From sequence record NZ_CP067021.1: a DNA stretch of 64,000 nucleotides, one strand, 5' to 3'. Numbering within the stretch: the stretch's first letter is position 1; the number at the start of each line of letters is the position of its first letter. The DNA is from a plasmid. The translations under genes were made by a program, and so were the position numbers. Below the pieces are notes generated by a model. The model searched no databases. It had not been told where the DNA came from and worked only from the letters and a program-made list of their open reading frames with translations. Shown piece by piece: positions 19,865 through 27,365 of this stretch.

Positions 19865-19900
19865 ACGCAAACGATGTTTTTTTAGTTGATTAAAATAATC
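19865..19900. promoter_or_regulatory. Copy 7 of element A (ACGATGTTTTTTTAGTTGATTAAAATAATCC)
   Basis: Conserved element. Confidence 0.55.
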
Positions 19901-20329
19901 CAAAACTTAATTTTGATAATTCAGCACCCATAATTCTACTAATGCATTTCCATCAAGCCTTAATTCAAACCATATTCAATTAACAATGAATTAACACCAC
20001 TACGGCGTTATTTCTTAAATGTGGTATATGGCTTTACCCACCCCCTACTCGTCTATGGCTAATTGTTCCAGTGTCAGTCAAAAAATGAAATATAATTCAT
20101 TCTCAAAAATGAGAATCTGTTCACAAATGGGAACGCGAAGCAGCCTTAATTTTAAAAATATCAGTTCATCTAGACTAAATTTGAGTAAGTCTGATTAATA
20201 TTGAATAATAAACCTAAGTTTTTCGCCGTATGTTTTAATCTTCAAGGGTTTAACTTTAATGAAGTTTTTTTTAAATAAACTAATTTAGTGGATTTTGACC
20301 GTTATAATGGTTTTATCTCGAGGCATATT

Positions 20330-20344
20330 GCCTTAAACTTGGAG
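20330..20344 (+). promoter_or_regulatory. Leader element B (GCCTTAAACTTGGAG)
   Basis: GGAG 7 nt before ATG 20352. Confidence 0.55.
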
Positions 20345-20351
20345 CCGTGTG

Positions 20352-20711
20352 ATGTTAAAACTATCTAGTATCTTTTCTCATGAAGCTAGGATTGAATCCC
20401 TTGTTATTCAATTTGAAGCCGATTATCAAACTGCACTAAAGCAAGGTTTAGATATTTACTTTGGCGTTGGCTATGCAACTAATGAGGATAGTCAATCTAT
20501 ACAGGCGTATCTTGTGAAAGATAAGGAGATTTATAAAAAGCATTACTGGAGTTGGGAATACCCAAGAACACCACACAAAATTGAAAAAACTAAAGCTGAG
20601 CACCGCCATTGGTTAAACCTAGCTGATGTACGAAACGCTGCGCTCGAGGCGAATATTACAAATGAAGCAGATCTACAATCTGTTTTACAACGTTCATTCG
20701 CTACAATATAA
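20352..20711 (+). CDS. hypothetical protein (119 aa)
   Basis: ORF with leader B. Confidence 0.55.
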   Translation: MLKLSSIFSHEARIESLVIQFEADYQTALKQGLDIYFGVGYATNEDSQSIQAYLVKDKEIYKKHYWSWEYPRTPHKIEKTKAEHRHWLNLADVRNAALEANITNEADLQSVLQRSFATI

Positions 20712-20724
20712 AAAGGTAATCTAA

Positions 20725-21102
20725 ATGATAAAAAAAAGTGTGGGTTTTGAACGTGCTTCTGATGTTCAAGCCATCGTTTACTCAGTAAATGATGGATCTG
20801 CAGTTTTTGTCGTACCAAATGGCTTTGTGGTGCTGGAGGTTCCATTGTCACAAACTCAAGCCGAGTACTTCAAGATGTATGAGAAGTCACCTAATGTATT
20901 TGTGTTGCACGGTAAGGCAAAATTCCATTACGTGTGTGATTGTGAAGTTGAACTGGTTGGCTTTAGTATAGAAAAATCTAAGCTAACAAATCAATTGGTC
21001 AATCCAAGCTTATTTAGCCACATTGATAAACCTGCAGTCAGTATAGATTGCATCTATGATGATATGTCTGCACCAACTATAAGCCCTGGCTTTTATTGTT
21101 AA
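20725..21102 (+). CDS. hypothetical protein (125 aa)
   Basis: ORF 13 nt after the previous stop. Confidence 0.5.
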   Translation: MIKKSVGFERASDVQAIVYSVNDGSAVFVVPNGFVVLEVPLSQTQAEYFKMYEKSPNVFVLHGKAKFHYVCDCEVELVGFSIEKSKLTNQLVNPSLFSHIDKPAVSIDCIYDDMSAPTISPGFYC

Positions 21103-21157
21103 TTAGCTGGTATAAAAGTAGCCCGAAATTCGGGCTTTTAATTTGTCTGAAGACAAG

Positions 21158-22144
21158 TTATTTCAACTCGCACGGCGCTTTAATTCTGATGTTATTTGCC
21201 CAAGAAAAAACATCCGAACCTTTTTGTGGGAAAGGCTGACTCTTAGAATACTGCAACCAACACACCGAATTATGGGTTGGATCTTGTGCCTTACGTTTTT
21301 CACGTAATTTAATCAGGCTTTCTCTTAACGCTGCAGTATCGTATTTTGGATCAAGTGACATAAAACCTACCGCAAACAGATCCGCATAAGATTCTCGCCA
21401 TAGTTGAGTTTTACCGCTACTTTCAGCCGTTACAAAGGTAGATACATCATCCATCTTTACTTTGGACCGATCAGACGGCGCAATTGAATTTAATGCTTTA
21501 AGTGGCTGGCCAAGTTCACCAGGCACATCGGTCGCACGATCTAAACAGTGAGATAACTCGTGCGCTAATATCAGCATTTCCCAATCGTTGTAGCTTACAT
21601 CGGTTTTTGCTGCTTTATACATGGTGTTCATGCTGGTTTTAGACATATTCACCAGGCAATATCCTGTACTAGATCTTAATGAAGCTGGAGAAGCTTGCGG
21701 TATATCCAAGGAAGTTAAAGCCCAACTTTCGTTAAAGTCACCTAACACAAGTGGCGCGTTGTAGTTTTCCTTGGCAAACTTTTGTAGTTGATTGAAGTTG
21801 CTACCCGGTAGCATCGCAGCAATATGGTCATGGTTGAACTGTTTCTTTTCTAGCGTTTTGAAACACCATATAAAACCATATGACAGTAGAAACATTAGGA
21901 ATGGAACAACAGCAACAGAGAGCATAAGTAGCATAAAGTTTTCGTCTAGTCGCTTGGTTCGGTCTTTGGTCTTAATATAAGGTGTTGCCAAGCACCAGCT
22001 GAGCACTACTGTCATCAAGATTAAAATAACAAGAAAAGTCATGGTGTAGCCAACTGGTTGAATAAACGTAAAGGCAATCCACGCAAAACAAGTTAGGACG
22101 GTTAAGGTCCACAAAATGATGTTTAAAATGATTTTTGTTTTCAC
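21158..22144 (-). CDS. membrane-anchored putative zinc metallopeptidase (HExxH)
   Basis: Three N-terminal TM helices; AHELSHCLD HExxH motif. Confidence 0.5.
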   Translation of the reverse strand: MKTKIILNIILWTLTVLTCFAWIAFTFIQPVGYTMTFLVILILMTVVLSWCLATPYIKTKDRTKRLDENFMLLMLSVAVVPFLMFLLSYGFIWCFKTLEKKQFNHDHIAAMLPGSNFNQLQKFAKENYNAPLVLGDFNESWALTSLDIPQASPASLRSSTGYCLVNMSKTSMNTMYKAAKTDVSYNDWEMLILAHELSHCLDRATDVPGELGQPLKALNSIAPSDRSKVKMDDVSTFVTAESSGKTQLWRESYADLFAVGFMSLDPKYDTAALRESLIKLREKRKAQDPTHNSVCWLQYSKSQPFPQKGSDVFSWANNIRIKAPCELK

Positions 22145-22283
22145 GCCGTTGGCATCCCTAATCTATAAAAATAAATGTGGCCCATTAAACGGGCCATATT
22201 GAGTCTGTTCTCTTCATCATCGCCAATGTGGTCGATATAAATATATTAATAAACCATCAAAGCTAAAAACTTTTCTTAAAAAT

Positions 22284-22796
22284 TTAAGATGCCTGCACAC
22301 CAGGATAATCGTTGTAGTTGCCATCAATAAATTGATTGGTAGATTTACTGACATCATCATACCAAATCGGCATGCATTTCGACTTGTCAGTTTGATCGAT
22401 GGCCATGTATGGAAGTCCTAATTCGTTTTGAATCAATTCAGCATCCATAAATGGCTCAAGAACCTTCATAGGAATGGAAAACAAACACTCAACATACCCA
22501 TTATCATGAATGACCTTCCGACTGGCTTTAGAAGCACTGTCAAAGCGCAATGCATTCCACAAGTGAGAAGCTTCATTGATGGTATGTGGTTGTTTTAGGT
22601 AATTAGGATTTTCAGACGCATAGATCGACAGTGTATTCACATCAATCATCAGCTTAAGTACACCTGAACCGACCATATGTTCAATCGGTATATACAGCAT
22701 GATAGCGCCGTATCCTAAGCTTCGTTTTTTAGCATCTGGATGTTCACCAATACCACCAATAACGCTATGAATAAGAATAGGTAGAGTTGTGTTCAT
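22284..22796 (-). CDS. hypothetical protein (170 aa)
   Basis: ORF. Confidence 0.5.
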   Translation of the reverse strand: MNTTLPILIHSVIGGIGEHPDAKKRSLGYGAIMLYIPIEHMVGSGVLKLMIDVNTLSIYASENPNYLKQPHTINEASHLWNALRFDSASKASRKVIHDNGYVECLFSIPMKVLEPFMDAELIQNELGLPYMAIDQTDKSKCMPIWYDDVSKSTNQFIDGNYNDYPGVQAS

Positions 22797-23072
22797 TTTA
22801 TAAACCTTTCAATAGTTTTGTAGCTCTTTATACATTTGATACCGCGTATAGCAGATATATAACACGGCGATGTTAATAGAGATTGCATGAAGAATGATGA
22901 TCAGGTTGGCACCCGATAATTCATCATATAAGGGCGAATAAAACGCATAAACGACTGAGAGTTCAGACATTAAAATCCAAAAAAAGCGGATAGAGGGGAT
23001 ATATCTAAAAGCTTCACTTTTTGCTTAATTTGTTTTTGCTGACTCATATTTCTCACCATTAGATTACAGCCA

Positions 23073-23531
23073 TTAATATTGATTAATGATTTCATCCATC
23101 ACATAAATTGAGTAGTTGTACTGGTCTAAGCGATATTTGCTTTCTTCAGTATGTTCACTGGCCAATGCTTGTAGTTGAGTTTCGTTCATGGAAGAAGCAT
23201 AGCGGTTACGGATTGATTTAAGCTGGCTCAATTCTAAACGTCCAGTACTCTTGGTCAGATTGCTGACAGTTGTGAATAGATCCTGGTCATATTCTTGCAA
23301 TTCACCATACAGCCAAGCAAGGTGTTCTGCATTGATGTATGGGTTATTTTTTTCATAGTAGTTTTTCAGTTTGAATAAACTCAAACCACATATGAACACA
23401 GCAACCATAAGGCTAATGACAAGCCCCTCACCGAGTTTAAGTAGGTATAGGAATATAAAGATACTAATCACGCCAATGGCAATAGAGATATATCGCATGG
23501 TTTGATTTTGGAACATTTCTAACATGGGCAT
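23073..23531 (-). CDS. membrane protein (152 aa, N-terminal TM pair)
   Basis: ORF; ATGA overlap with the upstream gene. Confidence 0.5.
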   Translation of the reverse strand: MPMLEMFQNQTMRYISIAIGVISIFIFLYLLKLGEGLVISLMVAVFICGLSLFKLKNYYEKNNPYINAEHLAWLYGELQEYDQDLFTTVSNLTKSTGRLELSQLKSIRNRYASSMNETQLQALASEHTEESKYRLDQYNYSIYVMDEIINQY

Positions 23532-23950
23532 TACTCACTTTTTGTAATGTTGTTTTGATAAAGATGGTCTATTTGAGCGATGGTAAGTTTCATGCGTTCC
23601 GTGGTGCAAGTCAGGTCGTCATCAAAACGATGGTTGAATTCAACAATCCCCTGTTCTTCCATGTCTTGCATTTCACGCTTAGCATTACTTAAGCCTTTTT
23701 CTATACCAACCAGATTCAAGTTAAAGAAGTCTTCTAGTAGCTTTTCACTCTCAATGATTTGTTTGAGCTCAGTAACATAGACTTCAGTTTTCTTTTTGCT
23801 GATTTCCGCAGCCATCGCATAACGAAAGTTGCCGTTTACAACAACAGTTTTGAGATCTGGTGAATATTCGTTGTATTCACTTGGAATTCGACTAACGGAC
23901 TGGACGGCGTGACTCCAGCCATACTTCTGAAAATATTCAATTCCCGTCAT
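23531..23950 (-). CDS. hypothetical protein (139 aa)
   Basis: ORF in a coupled operon. Confidence 0.5.
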   Translation of the reverse strand: MTGIEYFQKYGWSHAVQSVSRIPSEYNEYSPDLKTVVVNGNFRYAMAAEISKKKTEVYVTELKQIIESEKLLEDFFNLNLVGIEKGLSNAKREMQDMEEQGIVEFNHRFDDDLTCTTERMKLTIAQIDHLYQNNITKSE

Positions 23951-23959
23951 GGTATATAC

Positions 23960-24331
23960 CTACGATTGTTCTTTTTTAAGTTCAATAACAGCCAATAACG
24001 CTTTGTTTTGGCGTTCCAATTCATATTGTTTTTGGCGGTCTACATTTTGGCGATCGAAAAGTTCTCTAATCTGCTGTTTGTAGTGGTTGTCATAGTACGA
24101 ATAGGCTTTACGTTCTGCTTTTCTACGTGCAATGCGAACTTTGGGATGCCAGTTGAATTCTTTGTCGTCTGCATAACCCCTCATGAACTCAACCAGTTTG
24201 CTATCACCACGCATTTTACAAACCTTAATGAAGCCCATTTCTAAAACTGTAATTGGCGCACGGCGCGGATCTCCAAACTCCCAACGCCGTTTAATCCCAA
24301 AGCCACACATCTCTATTTGAACCGTAATCAT
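23960..24331 (-). CDS. hypothetical basic protein (123 aa)
   Basis: ORF; 4-nt overlap with the upstream gene. Confidence 0.5.
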   Translation of the reverse strand: MITVQIEMCGFGIKRRWEFGDPRRAPITVLEMGFIKVCKMRGDSKLVEFMRGYADDKEFNWHPKVRIARRKAERKAYSYYDNHYKQQIRELFDRQNVDRQKQYELERQNKALLAVIELKKEQS

Positions 24332-24885
24332 GGTTTAACCTTTATCAAATGTTTGAGCTTCTGGATCTTCGACATTAAATCTGGACCATCACTTTCATGG
24401 TAAACAAGGTGTTCATTAACGAATGTGATAAAAGCATCCAATTCAGTTTGAATCGTTGCCAATTGATTGCGTAACCACTGGCATGTGGCTTCATCTTGTT
24501 TTATCGCCGTTTCAAGCAATCCTCTCGCATGTTCATAGGCATTTGCCTCCCCTTGCGCCACCATATCTGCAGATGATTTCCAATCGCCCCATTTCTTATT
24601 CCAAAAGTCATCGAGCAACTGCAGTAATTTTTCCACTTCCAATTGGTCATCGCTGATGGCTGGTGTTTGCATTTGATAGATAGATTTTTTAGTTTCTACT
24701 TCACTTTGCATCCAACCATCACGAAAAGCTTCCCATTTCGCCTGATGCACCCAAGAAGAATAGTTGCCACTGGCCAACAGACTACCGACCACGCCGTATC
24801 TATTTTCAAAAGCGCTACGAGCTTCAATTTCTGAAGCAATGTTTTCATTAGTATTTTGCGTATCAATCATGCTGACTATCCCCAT
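24328..24885 (-). CDS. hypothetical protein (185 aa)
   Basis: ORF; overlaps the upstream gene by 23 nt. Confidence 0.5.
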   Translation of the reverse strand: MGIVSMIDTQNTNENIASEIEARSAFENRYGVVGSLLASGNYSSWVHQAKWEAFRDGWMQSEVETKKSIYQMQTPAISDDQLEVEKLLQLLDDFWNKKWGDWKSSADMVAQGEANAYEHARGLLETAIKQDEATCQWLRNQLATIQTELDAFITFVNEHLVYHESDGPDLMSKIQKLKHLIKVKP

Positions 24886-25369
24886 GAAGCCAAGGCACTT
24901 GTAATGAGATTTTTGTTTCCTTCATCTCATGAAGTTTTTGAATCGCACGTTCTGGATCTATCACCCATGCATCAAAGAGAAGTTGAGTGACAAAAGAAAA
25001 CTTCTCACCAACTTTGCGGAACGGTGCGCCGTGGCTATTCAGGAATTGTTCAAACACAAGATATTGCTGTTCGATGGCCTGGTTAAGTTCAAATAGGTCA
25101 ATACAGCCCTCTAGCAAGTTGTACTCACCTGAAGCATTCGGCATAAACATCCATTTACGCTCATGGGTTAAGCCATCTACATGTAGGTAGGCATGTTTGT
25201 TGAGACTAGTCCACTCAGGTTTCATCATGACGTAGGTGTTGTACTCGTCATCTTCAAGATAGTTGTAGTGGGTAGCATCAACGGGTTTCTTTGCTAAAAC
25301 AGAAATGGCCTGTTCAAGTGTCAGACCGAGAATGAGTGCATGTGGTGTAGTTGATGATTGGTGATCCAT
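24863..25369 (-). CDS. hypothetical protein (168 aa)
   Basis: ORF. Confidence 0.5.
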   Translation of the reverse strand: MDHQSSTTPHALILGLTLEQAISVLAKKPVDATHYNYLEDDEYNTYVMMKPEWTSLNKHAYLHVDGLTHERKWMFMPNASGEYNLLEGCIDLFELNQAIEQQYLVFEQFLNSHGAPFRKVGEKFSFVTQLLFDAWVIDPERAIQKLHEMKETKISLQVPWLHGDSQHD

Positions 25370-25381
25370 ATTCCCTACCCC

Positions 25382-26479
25382 TTAGATTGTCGGGCTAGTC
25401 GGTTTAGGACCACTCAAACAAATTTCGTTTTGAACGTGATTGTAGATCTCAGCCAAGTGAGGGCGTGTGCTAAAAAATTGATCTTTTGATGTATCAGAGA
25501 GGTTAGCACTCATGATGGTGAGTAGTGCTTCATTTTTGAATTGCGCTTGAACCGCCGTCTTTAATGCACCATTCAATGAAGCATGCAGATTGTTGAATAG
25601 CGAAATAACACGGGCATTCTGATCATTCTTTTTGAAGAAGATAAAATTAACTTCACGTTCACGGAAAAACACCAGCTGATATTCAAGCCCTGATTCTGAT
25701 AAATCATTCCCCATATCAATCAATGCATCATCTGGCACGGCGAACGCAGCGTATTTTGAATCAAAGTTTTGAAGTGCTTTATTTGAGATTAGATTCAAAC
25801 TTACTTTGCCTTGAATCGGCACACATTGGCTCAGTTTCTTAGCCAAGTAATGTGCAGCAGCCATGTGATGTGATCCACCAGAATTTTGAACAAAAATCTT
25901 AGGACTCCAGCCATAGATAAAAAAATGATCAGTGGTTGTATCTGGAGAGTTCAATAAACGGATTTCTGGCCATAACAACATTCGTTCTAAATTTTCCATA
26001 CTCACATCACTAATGTAATCAGGGCATGCGTTTTTTACAAAATCATCAATGCTACGGTACTGGCTTAAATCCGACTTGGAATTTGAGAAGCCCCCAATTT
26101 CAGATAGGTCAAGTAAGCATGGTGTTTCAAGATGAATGGTTTCTGAAAAAATCGGGTTAAATACTTCAGCCAATTCTTCAGCAAAGGGAGAGATGTAAAT
26201 CGGCTTATGATTTTGCGTATCTTGACCAAGGTAGCTGATGGAATCGTTATCTTTGGCATGTGGATTCAAAACAATGTTTTTGCCTGGTACAAAATTAGTA
26301 GGAGATATACCAGTCATACAAAGAGAATCTTTGATTTGATGAAAAGGGAAAACATCGGTCGTGGCGATGCTGTCAGAATTGACTAAACGGGTATCAATAA
26401 AGGGTTTTAGCTTGAGATTCTTATAAAGCTTATGTTTTGGTGAAAATACCGAAAGTAAAGTGTCTAACATTTTAAGCAC
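25382..26479 (-). CDS. hypothetical protein (365 aa)
   Basis: ORF with GGAG SD. Confidence 0.55.
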   Translation of the reverse strand: MLKMLDTLLSVFSPKHKLYKNLKLKPFIDTRLVNSDSIATTDVFPFHQIKDSLCMTGISPTNFVPGKNIVLNPHAKDNDSISYLGQDTQNHKPIYISPFAEELAEVFNPIFSETIHLETPCLLDLSEIGGFSNSKSDLSQYRSIDDFVKNACPDYISDVSMENLERMLLWPEIRLLNSPDTTTDHFFIYGWSPKIFVQNSGGSHHMAAAHYLAKKLSQCVPIQGKVSLNLISNKALQNFDSKYAAFAVPDDALIDMGNDLSESGLEYQLVFFREREVNFIFFKKNDQNARVISLFNNLHASLNGALKTAVQAQFKNEALLTIMSANLSDTSKDQFFSTRPHLAEIYNHVQNEICLSGPKPTSPTI

Positions 26480-26559
26480 TCCATTGATTAATGCTTTATT
26501 AAAACTAATAAAGATATATTAATACAGAAAGTGCTTATAAGTATTTTTTTGGAAAATTA

Positions 26560-26730
26560 ATTTAAGAATTGCGGTTGAGTGGTATTAGTTGCAAGTGGTT
26601 GTACGGCGTTGTTATCGACAGACTTTGAGTACTGTTGCACTTCAACAATTCGCACACCTTTAACGTGTAAACGTGTTTTATAGTCAGTCATTCCAAGTGT
26701 TTGTAAGTCGTCTAGCTGTTCTTTAGTCAT
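26560..26730 (-). CDS. 56-aa ORF (MTKEQLDDLQTLGMTDYKTRLHVKGVRIVEVQQYSKSVDNNAVQPLATNTTQPQFLN), possible first gene of the minus operon
   Basis: Hand-translated; below the ORF-track cutoff. Confidence 0.3.
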
Positions 26731-27310
26731 TGCCTATATCCTGTATATTGGATGTGATTTAAGGGCAATTTAATTGATGTATTAAGAATTGTAAAGGGTA
26801 AAACACAGTTCATTAAACTTTTTATGAAATGGTATATACCGATTAAGCCTAAAACAAAACAAGGTTTTAAGAAGTGGTTTAGTTATGTTTAAGAATACGC
26901 ACGTTAAAACTAAGTTATTATATTAAAATGCATCTAAACTAGGGTTAAAACCAAACTGGATGCCAATATGTGTTCAAACATTGAATCTTACGCCGTGAAC
27001 CTATCCAATGTACCTAAAGCTATCTCTTGCTTGAATATGTATGACTTTCAAACGTTAGCACTAGGACCAACCTATTTACCCCGATTTATCACTTGCAGAT
27101 CGCCACATTCCATATACGGCGCTATTGGTTGCATTTGATGTGAATGCGTCTGAAAAGTTTCGCTTAATCGAAATGATGGTGCCTGAAGCCATTCCGCTGT
27201 CGCAATTGTTGTTATTGGCCATATTCAATGAAACGCCGTATAAGAGCGAATATGAAATAGCCCAATACATGCCGAGTGATGAATTAAGGCGTATTAAGTA
27301 CAAACAGCTC

Positions 27311-27344
27311 ACCAAAAAAAACTAAAGGCTGGATAACCAGCCTT
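27311..27344 (-). terminator. Rho-independent terminator of the T4SS coupling-protein operon (AAGGCTGG-ataa-CCAGCCTT plus T-run on minus)
   Basis: 8-bp stem; TTTTTTTT on the minus strand right after the stop of 27366..30161. Confidence 0.65.
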
Positions 27345-27365
27345 ATGTCTTCTACATGGATGCGT

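Noticed and set aside
20296-20310. TTGACC/TATAAT-like promoter upstream of the 20352 gene
   Set aside because: The hexamers are only 2 bp apart, and no properly spaced -35 was found.
27076-27325. Overlapping 79-aa (-) and 66-aa (+) ORFs in the spacer before the T4CP terminator
   Set aside because: The two are mutually exclusive and neither has convincing start signals. Both were left unannotated.
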